A DNA stretch of 64,000 bases from Candidatus Sulfobium sp. (lineage in GTDB: Bacteria; Nitrospirota; Thermodesulfovibrionia; Thermodesulfovibrionales; UBA6898). The notes beneath the pieces were generated by a model. It saw nothing but the letters and a program-made list of their open reading frames with translations. It was not told the origin of the DNA and ran no database searches. The position numbers were made by a program, and so were the translations under genes. Below, piece after piece: positions 11,069 through 20,001 of this stretch; position 1 is the first letter of the stretch, and the number at the start of each line of letters is the position of its first letter. The stretch covers positions 52,252 to 116,251 of the forward strand of contig JARRRI010000004.1 in the NCBI GenBank assembly GCA_037380845.1. The letters run 5' to 3'.

Positions 11069-11145
11069 GTCGTCATGCCCGCGGAGGCGGGTATCCAAGG
11101 GGGTACTAAATTGGATTCCCGACTGAAAACTTCGGGAATGACGGC
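11069..11145. repeat. CGTC-tagged palindromic repeat, copy B (between the tRNAs)
   Basis: GTCGTCATGCCCGCGGAGGCGGGTATCCA...TGGATTCCCGACTGAAAACTTCGGGAATGACGGC. Confidence 0.8.
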
Positions 11146-11192
11146 CTTAAGAAAAAACTTCCGGCAAAGAAGTCGCTTTTAGCTTTTCCGAC

Positions 11193-11268
11193 GGCGGCGT
11201 ACCCAAGTGGCTAAGGGAGAGGTCTGCAAAACCTTTATGCAGCGGTTCAAATCCGCTCGCCGCCTCCA
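11193..11268 (+). tRNA. tRNA-Cys (GCA)
   Basis: GGCGGCG acceptor stem paired with CGCCGCC, anticodon GCA, GGTTCAAATCC T-arm, TCCA end. Confidence 0.97.
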
Positions 11269-13103
11269 ACTCCCGACAGTATTTTTTCTCCCCTGAGCTG
11301 GTCCAGCGCCGTAGTATCTAGTCCTTTTTCTTCAAAGAACTCCCGTTCGAGAGATTCGACATAAAACCTGTCGAGACCGCTGTTGAGGAGGAAATCTTCT
11401 CTCAGGCCCCTGTCACTCGAACGTATCACGAGGGGGAATATCTGGTTGAGATAGACGGATTCCTTGCGGAGGTCGATAAACACTTTTTCAAAAAGTCTGA
11501 CAGGGATTCCGCCGGGTGCGCTGCCTCCGTCGGTAAGTTCCGCAGCGATGTCTTCCAGGATTTTCTCCCTTTCTTCCCTGGTGTCGAGGCCGGGGTAGAG
11601 GTTGCGCATCCTTTTCTTCAGGGCCGCATGAATTTCATGGTATAACTTTTCTTCACCCGTCAGGTTCTTCACTTCTTGCACTACGTCCCTGATGGTTGCC
11701 TCACCTTTCCTTACATCTTCCGTTCCCTTCAGGATGGCCTCGATTTTCCTTTTCCCGTATCCGGTTACATACTTGTTTTCCAGAAGGTCGTGGATGAAGA
11801 CCGATCTGAAGAGGTTTTCGTCCAGCGCATCAAAGGCCTCCTTGTTGCCCATGAAACTCCTCAGTGATTCTTCCCTCAGCTCGATGTTCTCCATGAAGGC
11901 CAGATGACTGAGCAGGGAATAGAGGTTGTCGTACCTGTCGAAATAAGTGACGATGGAGCTGAATTCTTCAAAGGCGCGAAAATCATCGGTCTCTCTGGAA
12001 AGCTCATCGCATACCCGGCCGATGTCCAGAAGAACCTGGTCAAACCCCCGGTCGTTCTGCGAATAAGCCCGGTGCTTGGCCTTTATCAGCCTTACAATGT
12101 CTTCCTTGATTATATTTCTTTTAAGCAGTGCGTCCTTGAAAAAGAGGTTCTCCAGTATGGCCCTCGCATCCTTTATGTATTCCAGCTCTTCAGTTTCCTG
12201 TATCTTCTTATCCTTCAACAGCAGTTTATCCAGCTTGTCAAAGAGGTTTGTCGGTATATCGTTCCTTATGCTGAGGGTCCTCAGTCTCTTCAGGCGGGCG
12301 TATTCTGATGCCTGAAGGGTATCCCTGAAGCTTCCTCTGATCAGAACGTCGCGGTATTCATCAACTACGACCCTGTTTTCGGGATGTCTATACATCACAT
12401 CGATCTTCATCCTTTCCTGCTGGTAACGGTCGATATCGTACCTGAGGGCCAGTTGCTCGACCCGGTGCGCGTCCTCGGGGCTCAGCCCCCGTTTTTCGGA
12501 GTAGAACCTGTTGAAGGCATCGTAGTATTCCCTGTTGGCGCGGTTGATCAATTTGAACAGGAATATCGATGACCTTTCTTCATTCAGGGCGATACTAAAG
12601 CTGCCGAGAAGTTCAGTGTCCCTGTCGTCTCCGAGCAGACGGGCCCTCTTCAGGAATTTACCCGCTGCCTTCAGTATCTGTTTCTGCCGTTTCCTGTACT
12701 CTCCCCTGAAATCGGAGGAGACTATGAAGTAATAATTGACAACCGGATGTCCCTGCAGGAACAGTCTGTCAAATGTCTCAGTGCCCTCGGTATTATTTGT
12801 GAAGACCACGTGCTCGTTCTCGTCGAGAAACGCCCCGAACATTACCAGTCTGTTCAGGATATCGCCCTTTTCCATGTCCTTGATAGGTTTTTCGACACCG
12901 AACATGTACTCACAGAAGCTGCCGCCCGTCCCTTTGTAGGTTATGCTCCCCTCAGAGATGGTAAATTCATTGCCCCGGGCGAAAAATCTGATTTTCTGCG
13001 GCTCTTCCTGGTAGAAATAGGTGTTGTGTGTTGTCGCTCCCGCAACGAAGGTAAAAAAGTCAACAGGACCCAGGCTGCCATGTAGTCTGAGATCTGTAAT
13101 CAT
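11247..13103 (-). CDS. Conserved hypothetical protein, ~618 aa (resembles TIGR04442 family)
   Basis: Long ORF with genome-like codon usage; likely start MITDLRLHG; family recalled from N-terminus, not verified; last codons overlap tRNA-Cys antisense. Confidence 0.65.
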   Translation of the reverse strand: MITDLRLHGSLGPVDFFTFVAGATTHNTYFYQEEPQKIRFFARGNEFTISEGSITYKGTGGSFCEYMFGVEKPIKDMEKGDILNRLVMFGAFLDENEHVVFTNNTEGTETFDRLFLQGHPVVNYYFIVSSDFRGEYRKRQKQILKAAGKFLKRARLLGDDRDTELLGSFSIALNEERSSIFLFKLINRANREYYDAFNRFYSEKRGLSPEDAHRVEQLALRYDIDRYQQERMKIDVMYRHPENRVVVDEYRDVLIRGSFRDTLQASEYARLKRLRTLSIRNDIPTNLFDKLDKLLLKDKKIQETEELEYIKDARAILENLFFKDALLKRNIIKEDIVRLIKAKHRAYSQNDRGFDQVLLDIGRVCDELSRETDDFRAFEEFSSIVTYFDRYDNLYSLLSHLAFMENIELREESLRSFMGNKEAFDALDENLFRSVFIHDLLENKYVTGYGKRKIEAILKGTEDVRKGEATIRDVVQEVKNLTGEEKLYHEIHAALKKRMRNLYPGLDTREEREKILEDIAAELTDGGSAPGGIPVRLFEKVFIDLRKESVYLNQIFPLVIRSSDRGLREDFLLNSGLDRFYVESLEREFFEEKGLDTTALDQLRGEKILSGVGGGERI

Positions 13104-13270
13104 ATGGAAATATACCATAGCCGGCAGAATTCTTCCATTTACGGCAATCGCCTCGGAGAAGAGCAGAGTGTCATTGCCCCGAAGCAGGGGCATGGGATGC
13201 CATGCGTCCACGGTGAAATGGCGGCCGGCAGGGGCGAAAGGCCTGCCGGCTTTTGCCGAAAAAAGTCCCC

Positions 13271-13299
13271 TTGCCGAAAGAGAACGATTTGGCTATTAT
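13271..13299 (+). promoter_or_regulatory. Putative sigma70 promoter of the lytic transglycosylase gene
   Basis: TTGCCG-17 nt-TATTAT ending 34 nt before the ATG. Confidence 0.5.
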
Positions 13300-13333
13300 A
13301 TGAAATAAAAGTATCTGTCGAACCGCGGGAGCA

Positions 13334-15292
13334 ATGAAATATTCTCTTCTGACAAAGGCCGTTTTCCTCTTCTTAACGGCTGTGCTCTGCCTGTCGGGAT
13401 GGATACTGCCGGTCAACAGGAGCGCCGCGGATGACTGCGGAGGAAAGGAACTTTTCAGGGCCGGCAAACAGGCCCTTGATGACGGTCGTTATGATGATGC
13501 CGTCAAGAGCCTTTCGCAGGCGCTTGACGAATTCCCGGTCCTGGCCGACTATACTCTCTCCTATCTCGCCGAGGCGTATCATCAGCTGGGCGACCACTGC
13601 AAGTCTCTTGACGCCGCCAGGCGGCTGATTGGGAAATACCCGGCTTCGCCGTTGCTGAAGAAGGCACGGGGTGTCGAAATCAGGGAGGCCGGAGAAATTT
13701 CCGAAAAAGACCTTCCCGGCCTGTATGAATCCTACCTCAAGGATTATCCCGGGGATGAAGATATTACTCTGGAATACGGCCTTTACCTGAAGGGCCACCA
13801 TGAGCCTGAAAAGGCCGCAGCGCTCTTCAAAAAGCTTTATCTCCGCGCGGGCTGCCTTGCAGAGAAGGCCTATGAAGAGCTTGATCCCGAAAGTATAAAA
13901 CCCGAAGACCTCCTCCAAAGGGCGACCCGTCTTATAGACAGGTACGAATTCGCCGCGGCAGAACGGGAGTTGCGGAAGGCCCTCGCCATGGACTGCGGCA
14001 AACAGCGCGAGGAGATAATGAGGAATCTGGCATATTCACTTTTCAGACAGAAGAAATACGAAAAGGCAGCCGAGGTTTATGGCAGCGTCAGGGACCTTTT
14101 CTCGCGGGCCCGCTCGTTATACAGGGCCGGCGACGACGAAAGATTTGAAAAGGCTCTGAAAAAGCTTCTTGCCGCAGACGACGGCAGGGCCGCCTCCCTG
14201 CTTCTGGCCCTTGCTTCAGACAAGAGAAGGGATGGAAAGTTCGATGAGGCGCTGAAGACCTATAAGGAAGTGCTTGAACGTTTCCCGTCGGAAGAGGAAG
14301 ATGCCTTGTGGGGAATGGGGTGGACCGATTTCATAAAAGGAGAGCACAGGAAAGCAGCCGATATCTTTTCGAAACTGTACGGTAAATACGATGAACCCAG
14401 ATATCTTTACTGGGAGGCAAGAAGCAGGGACGAGTCAGGTGGAGATGCGGAGGGTCTGTTCAGAAAGCTTGCCTCCATGGACGATAATTTTTACGGGGTG
14501 CTCGCATATATGCGTGGCGGCGGGCCTGACATCGTACCGGCCTCCCTCAAGGACGAGTCCCTCCCGGCCCCCGCGGACGGGGCCACCCGGTTCGAGAGGG
14601 TCGAGGCGCTGTTGTCGCTGAACATGAACAAGGAGGCGGTCACCGAACTTTCGGACCGGTTGAATAAAATCGATACGTTCCCGGAGCTGCTTTACGTCAT
14701 GTCGAAATTCCAGGAACTCGGAGAATTCAGGCGTTCCATCGGGCTGGCCACAAAAGTCCCTTATCCGGACAAGGTGCAGATGTTCCTCTATCCCTTTGCC
14801 TTCCGTGAGGACGTGGAAGAGGCTGCGAAGAAATATGATATGGATCCCATGATCACGCTTTCGGTGATGAGGGAGGAGAGCCGTTTCAATGCGGACGCCC
14901 GGTCGGTCGCGGGCGCCAGGGGGCTTATGCAGATAATGCCGGGTACGGCGCACCGCCTGGACAGGAACCTCAAGCTCGGGATAAGGGACGACGCACAGAT
15001 AACAGACGCGAAGATCAACATCACCCTTGGGACATATTACCTTAAGTCCCTCTTCAACGAATTCGAATCTTTTTCTCATGTCTTTGCCGCATACAACGCA
15101 GGAGAGATCACCGTAAGGAAGTGGCAACAGAAGGGAAATTATAAATCCGTCGACGTCTTTATCGAGGACATTCCCTATCCGGAAACCAGAAATTATGTAA
15201 AAAGGGTGATTACCTCATACTTCCAGTACAAAAAAGCCGCAGCCGCCAGGTCGGGAAAGAAGAAAGTCGACATAATCTGGGAAAACCTGTAG
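13334..15292 (+). CDS. slt: Soluble lytic murein transglycosylase with TPR repeats
   Basis: Signal peptide, TPR-like helices, SLT motifs REESRF, GARGLMQIMP, AAYNAG, IPYPETRNYVKRV. Confidence 0.9.
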   Translation: MKYSLLTKAVFLFLTAVLCLSGWILPVNRSAADDCGGKELFRAGKQALDDGRYDDAVKSLSQALDEFPVLADYTLSYLAEAYHQLGDHCKSLDAARRLIGKYPASPLLKKARGVEIREAGEISEKDLPGLYESYLKDYPGDEDITLEYGLYLKGHHEPEKAAALFKKLYLRAGCLAEKAYEELDPESIKPEDLLQRATRLIDRYEFAAAERELRKALAMDCGKQREEIMRNLAYSLFRQKKYEKAAEVYGSVRDLFSRARSLYRAGDDERFEKALKKLLAADDGRAASLLLALASDKRRDGKFDEALKTYKEVLERFPSEEEDALWGMGWTDFIKGEHRKAADIFSKLYGKYDEPRYLYWEARSRDESGGDAEGLFRKLASMDDNFYGVLAYMRGGGPDIVPASLKDESLPAPADGATRFERVEALLSLNMNKEAVTELSDRLNKIDTFPELLYVMSKFQELGEFRRSIGLATKVPYPDKVQMFLYPFAFREDVEEAAKKYDMDPMITLSVMREESRFNADARSVAGARGLMQIMPGTAHRLDRNLKLGIRDDAQITDAKINITLGTYYLKSLFNEFESFSHVFAAYNAGEITVRKWQQKGNYKSVDVFIEDIPYPETRNYVKRVITSYFQYKKAAAARSGKKKVDIIWENL

Positions 15293-15538
15293 CCTGCTCG
15301 GGATTCCGACAGCGGTTTCCCTTTGAAGTGCAGATGAGCTGGCCGACACTCATTTGAATAATAGCCTTTCTTTCAAAAAGCATTTGAATGACTCGTCTGA
15401 GCTGTCGATAGCGGCTAGAATTCTTCGCGCGTTCACGTCAAAAAGAATCTTCTTGACATGACATATACCCGGAGAATAACCGGAGATGCCTTGTTCGCCT
15501 ACGGCCTGATAAAGCAATCTGATAAACAGGAGGTAATT

Positions 15539-16117
15539 ATGACTACCAATGATAGTTTTGGAACCAAATTGACATTTGAGTGGAACAACATTCTGAATCG
15601 AAAAGCTGAAGCCATCTTTGTAGGGTCTCTATCGACGTTGATCGGGGAAGCTGGAGCAAAAAAATTGGTTGAAGTGGCAAAGATTTATGAGACACATGAC
15701 TGGTTTAAACTCGTCATTGCAAAGGACAACGACAATATTGCGGGTCTGCTGGCACTATACTACGAACCAATTCACGGATCACATGAAGGATGGATATGTG
15801 TTGCTCCTGAGTACCGGAGAGAAGGCATTGGCGATAAAATACAGGCTGAATTTGAAAAGACCGCGCTTGAAAATGGAGTGAGGATTTTTAGAGCGGACGC
15901 TACGCTGGCCTATACCCATTCCCAGAAATTTCTTTACAGAAGAGATTATCAGGCTGTAGGTTACACGCCGATGAGCTTCTCTTTTTTGCCGGGCCGCTCT
16001 CTTGGAAGTGCGGTGACAATCTGGAAGATTTTTGATCCCGAGTTGTTGAAGCAATGGGAAGAGGAGAAGAGAGAAAGTCTTGATTGGGACGGAAGACGTT
16101 GGAAATGCAATGAATAA
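15539..16117 (+). CDS. GNAT-family N-acetyltransferase
   Basis: ICVAPEYRREGIG acetyl-CoA motif A, FLYRRDY motif B; SD AGGAGG before ATG 15539. Confidence 0.8.
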   Translation: MTTNDSFGTKLTFEWNNILNRKAEAIFVGSLSTLIGEAGAKKLVEVAKIYETHDWFKLVIAKDNDNIAGLLALYYEPIHGSHEGWICVAPEYRREGIGDKIQAEFEKTALENGVRIFRADATLAYTHSQKFLYRRDYQAVGYTPMSFSFLPGRSLGSAVTIWKIFDPELLKQWEEEKRESLDWDGRRWKCNE

Positions 16118-16239
16118 TGTGAAAATGTTAAAGGGCAATTGAAGGCAAGCTTGACTAGGAGATGAAACTTTCAGACGTACGCACACTATTCAAACGCCTG
16201 AAAACGGTGTAAGCTGTTGATAGGTATCAACCGGCGAAG

Positions 16240-16507
16240 CCTCGACGGTATGCAGCCACTGAATCCAGATGCTGTCGTGGCTTCTAAGGCCTGCAAAAAC
16301 ACGAAGAGCAGAACGAGGCCGACATGAAGGACATCATAGGAAGGCCTATCGGCAGGATGATCTGGATGCTGCCGGTCAGGACGACAGCGCCTGGCTGTAC
16401 CAATACTGGTACAAACCAGGACAGTATACGCCGGGGCATGAGAGGACTTTGTGCGGAAGGTTCAGTCAGGCCCTGATACCTATACCGTCTGAGCGGGCAT
16501 CTACCTG
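16240..16507 (+). pseudogene. Degraded Cache (sCache_2-like) sensory domain relic
   Basis: Joining frames gives EQNEADMKDIIGRPIGRMI / DAAGQDDSAWLYQYWYKPGQ / FVRKVQSGPDTYTV*AGIYL; two frameshifts and a stop. Confidence 0.55.
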
Positions 16508-16535
16508 GCCGAGCAAGTGGAGTACGTGACGAGAA

Positions 16536-17411
16536 ATGGCAACAGCCCTTCGATTAGTCATTGTCCCTAAAGTGGCACATCCCTGGTTCGACGAGGTAAA
16601 CAAAGGTGCGCGGGCTCAGGCCGAAATCCTCAGCCGTGAGCTTGGTGTCGAGATAATGGTCGACTATATGCCACCAGCAATTTGTGATGTTGCCGAGCAG
16701 AACAAGATCCTGGAAAAGGCTGCCAAGAGCCGCCCAAGTGGCATCGCTGTTGATCCGGTTGACGCAGTAGACCATATGACGGCAATCAACCGCATCAGGG
16801 AGCAGCTTATTCCGGTGGTTCTCTTCGACTCACCATCGCCAGATGCAGATATCACCAGCATCGGCAACAACTTTGCCCAGCAGGGGATCATCGCGGCCGA
16901 GCGTCTCGTCAAGCTGATCGAGTACGCTGGCAAAGTGGCTGTGATGCAAGGGTATCCCACGGCACCAAACCACAAGGAACGATACGACGCCCAGATGGCT
17001 GTATTGGGGAAGTATCCCGGTATCACTTTTGTAGACGGTGGCATTGACAATGACGACATTGAGACTGCCAGCCGACAAGCCTCGGCTGTACTCGAATCGC
17101 ATCCCGATCTAAGCGGCTATCTGTGCTGTGATGCTTCCGGCCCGATAGGCATAGCGAGCGCTATCAAAAGGGCCGGGAAGGCCGGCAAAGTAAAAGTAGT
17201 CAGCATGGATGGGATCAAGCCTATACTCGATGCCATTGAAGAAGGCGTGATCGAATCCTCCTCGGCTACCATTCCGAAAATGCAAGGTTCGATGTCAGTC
17301 CTGATGTTATGGCAGGCATCTCTTGGCATTCAGATACCTCAGACTATTGATACAGGCATTGACGTGATTACGCAGGAGAACGTGGATATATTCCTAGCTG
17401 ATGCAGTTTAA
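16536..17411 (+). CDS. RbsB-like sugar-binding protein (periplasmic binding protein type 1), no signal peptide
   Basis: VPKVAHPWF, GIAVDPVD, PVVLFDS, KVVSMDG, IDTGIDVIT motifs. Confidence 0.82.
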   Translation: MATALRLVIVPKVAHPWFDEVNKGARAQAEILSRELGVEIMVDYMPPAICDVAEQNKILEKAAKSRPSGIAVDPVDAVDHMTAINRIREQLIPVVLFDSPSPDADITSIGNNFAQQGIIAAERLVKLIEYAGKVAVMQGYPTAPNHKERYDAQMAVLGKYPGITFVDGGIDNDDIETASRQASAVLESHPDLSGYLCCDASGPIGIASAIKRAGKAGKVKVVSMDGIKPILDAIEEGVIESSSATIPKMQGSMSVLMLWQASLGIQIPQTIDTGIDVITQENVDIFLADAV

Positions 17412-17503
17412 AGACTCAATATGCATGGCTGCCTTCAACGCAACTTTATTTAGGATCTAAGATCGCATTGTGAATCGTTAGATTTGTCAAAACTCATTCC
17501 GTT

Positions 17504-17700
17504 CTAAAAACCTGATTCCTTTCGCAAAGCCTCCTTGCATGTCTCAGCCAACACCGCTTGCTCATGCCCGTGAATCAGCTCATTTCGTTTTGTATTAAAA
17601 TCTGCCAGATTACTGAAATCGTTATCATCTATGCCCCCCCGGAAAGTGAGCCCGTTTGATCAGTTCATAAGTAGAGGTATTAGCTTTGTCCCTTCTTTTT
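17504..17700 (-). pseudogene. Relic of a HEPN-like (RxxxxH) protein gene
   Basis: YELIKRAHF, frameshift in a G7 run, then GIDDNDFSNLADFNTKRNELIHGH. Confidence 0.4.
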
Positions 17701-17920
17701 TACTGTTCTCAATGGTTGACCTAAACCTTGCTTGCCTTGGGATATATAGCACAGAAAAAGAATGTCACGGTTGAAGACAGGCCGTATGCACGGCTATTGA
17801 CACAGGGGCATCCATGAAGAGCGTTGTGAGCGCCTACGATATCCTGAGCGGCAGGATTTATCACGCGGTCGACTCCACACGGCCTGTCAAAGAAAGAACG
17901 AATCGGTAGAGCCGAAGACA

Positions 17921-18322
17921 CTATTCCAGTTTTTCAATAAGTGTCATCTTTCCAACCCCCAATGACCAGTCCTCTTCGTCTGTCATCATCACATTTATGA
18001 ACACATTGGCAGGGTTGAGGCCGATGCTGTCCTTTAGCAATTCGGGGAGGCGCTTGTAGAAGGCGCGCTTCATGTGTATGGTTCTCGGGGAGGTTGTTAT
18101 CTGAATCATAATCACATCATCGGACCGTCTGACTCCTTCGTCTTCCAGGTACGCAGATTGATCAATCTTGAAATGTTCTGCTTTTTTCTCGTGGAATATC
18201 TGAAATCGGTCTTTTTCAGGGAGCCCCCACGTTTCCACGAGAACCTGATGGATAGAATCACCCAAAGCCTGAAGATAGGTTTGGGGCTTTCCTTCGAGTA
18301 AATAGATATGAACAATGGGCAT
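17921..18322 (-). CDS. Tautomerase superfamily protein (N-terminal catalytic Pro)
   Basis: MPIVHI start, DRFQIFHE, KRAFYKRL, EDWSLG; SD GGAGGAGG. Confidence 0.85.
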   Translation of the reverse strand: MPIVHIYLLEGKPQTYLQALGDSIHQVLVETWGLPEKDRFQIFHEKKAEHFKIDQSAYLEDEGVRRSDDVIMIQITTSPRTIHMKRAFYKRLPELLKDSIGLNPANVFINVMMTDEEDWSLGVGKMTLIEKLE

Positions 18323-18339
18323 TTTGCACCTCCTCCGTC

Positions 18340-18798
18340 TTACTGTTTTATGCTGACCGGTTTTACGTTCAACCTCTCGCAGAGATCATCGATTTTCTGA
18401 AGTGTGAGGTCCTTTTCTCTTTGTGTGGTCTGCTCCCTTTTCTCATCTTTCGCAGGAGAAATTTCTGCGGACACTGTCAGTTTGCATTTCTCAGGCCCGT
18501 CGGGCTCTGTGACGTAAGCCACTGTCTGAACCCCGTCGGTCACTTCGAGGTAGTTGTTTTCTTCTTCCTTCGAAATCTTTAAATTTTTCTCCCTGGCCAT
18601 ATCTACTGCCGCCGTATGCACTTTTTCAGCGGGCAAGGGCATTTCCGCCTGTGACTGCGTCTTTTTATGGCTTGTGCTCGTTAAAATCAATGGAATTGCT
18701 GCAATACATGAGGCCAGTACTCCCGCAACCAGAAGAACTGCCGGGGTCGTCCAAAACTTCCGCATTCCGGCTCTGCCTGTTTTAGCTGTCTTTTTCAT
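18340..18798 (-). CDS. Hypothetical lipoprotein
   Basis: Basic N-terminus, hydrophobic stretch, lipobox VLASC; exact start uncertain (18798 or 18765). Confidence 0.6.
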   Translation of the reverse strand: MKKTAKTGRAGMRKFWTTPAVLLVAGVLASCIAAIPLILTSTSHKKTQSQAEMPLPAEKVHTAAVDMAREKNLKISKEEENNYLEVTDGVQTVAYVTEPDGPEKCKLTVSAEISPAKDEKREQTTQREKDLTLQKIDDLCERLNVKPVSIKQ

Positions 18799-18850
18799 CT
18801 CTTTCTCCTTTCTGAATTTTTTTGCCTGCAATTCAAGATATGCCTCCTCC

Positions 18851-19999
18851 TTAAGCAGTCGTCCTGAGCATTTTTCGGAAACGCCACAGCGAAAATGTGA
18901 ACAAAACGGCACCGATCAGGGCAAGTGATACGAACTGCGGCCATACAACCGAGAGCCCCGCTCCCCGGAACAGGATGGCTTGGGCAAACGTCACGAAATG
19001 AGTGGTCGGCGCAGCCTGCATGATGACATCAATAATACCCATACTTTTCCGGGCACCCGAGATTACCGTGGCACGCATGATGCCTCCGGCGCCCGACAGT
19101 ATCTGCATGGGCAGAAGAACCATGAATAAGAGCAGCCCGAACTGCGGCATTGATCGGGCAACCGTAGCCAGGAAAACTCCCAACGCAGTGGAGGCCAGCA
19201 CATGCAGAAGCGTTCCTGAGAAGAACAGCACGAGCGAGCCCTTGATTGGCACCGAAAGAAAGCCGCGCACAACGACGTTCAGTGAGAAGGCCGAAGCCGT
19301 AAGGACTACAAACGTCATCGCCCAGATTTTGCTGCTCAGGATCTCGAACGGATTTAGCGGCATAACCAGCAGATGCTCTATTGTCCCATGCTCGCGCTCC
19401 CTTATCAGCGCCGCCCCGGTAAGCACGACTGACAACATGGTAATTGCACTGATAATCTCCATTACGCCACCGAACCAGGTCTTATTCAGCTCCGGGTTAA
19501 ATCTCACCCGTGTTGACACATCCACAGGCGGACCGGCCTGTGCACGGTATCGTTGCATGAACTCGCTGATTTCATCTGAAACGATAACCTGGACGTATCG
19601 GCTCCCGTTGAATGCCTGGCCCATGCGCGTCGCATCCACATTGAGTTGTAAGACCGGGCCTCGCCCGGCGAGGACGTCGCGCTGAAAACCGCCGGGTATG
19701 TATAGTGCAAATGTATCGAGTCCCGCATCCATCCGGGAATCCATTTCATTGGGCGTGATCAGCGCCGGCGCCTGAAAGTATGGCGGATAGAAGGCATCGG
19801 TAATCCGCTTCGAAAGCGCGGACTGATCCTCATCTACAATAGCGACAGGAGCTTTATGGAGTACTTCCGGGATTGCCGTCGCCGCGGTATAAATATTGAG
19901 GGTCAAGGCGTAAACGATCAAAAAAATCATGATCGGATCACGCATCAGACTGCGGAGTTCCTTCACGCCTAAATGAAATATATTGCTCACCGTCCGCAT
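18851..19999 (-). CDS. yhhJ: ABC-2 type permease (YhhJ-like)
   Basis: LGVKELRSL, REREHGTIEHLLVMP, ARSMPQFGLL; downstream of rbbA. Confidence 0.85.
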   Translation of the reverse strand: MRTVSNIFHLGVKELRSLMRDPIMIFLIVYALTLNIYTAATAIPEVLHKAPVAIVDEDQSALSKRITDAFYPPYFQAPALITPNEMDSRMDAGLDTFALYIPGGFQRDVLAGRGPVLQLNVDATRMGQAFNGSRYVQVIVSDEISEFMQRYRAQAGPPVDVSTRVRFNPELNKTWFGGVMEIISAITMLSVVLTGAALIREREHGTIEHLLVMPLNPFEILSSKIWAMTFVVLTASAFSLNVVVRGFLSVPIKGSLVLFFSGTLLHVLASTALGVFLATVARSMPQFGLLLFMVLLPMQILSGAGGIMRATVISGARKSMGIIDVIMQAAPTTHFVTFAQAILFRGAGLSVVWPQFVSLALIGAVLFTFSLWRFRKMLRTTA

Positions 20000-20001
20000 T
20001 C

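Noticed and set aside
10905..11268. tRNA pair as the integration site of a prophage or ICE
   Set aside because: No duplicated tRNA 3' end, integrase or phage gene was seen in the window
13224..13254. GC hairpin with GAAA-containing loop as a c-di-GMP riboswitch
   Set aside because: Lacks the second stem and conserved flanking motif; only a simple hairpin
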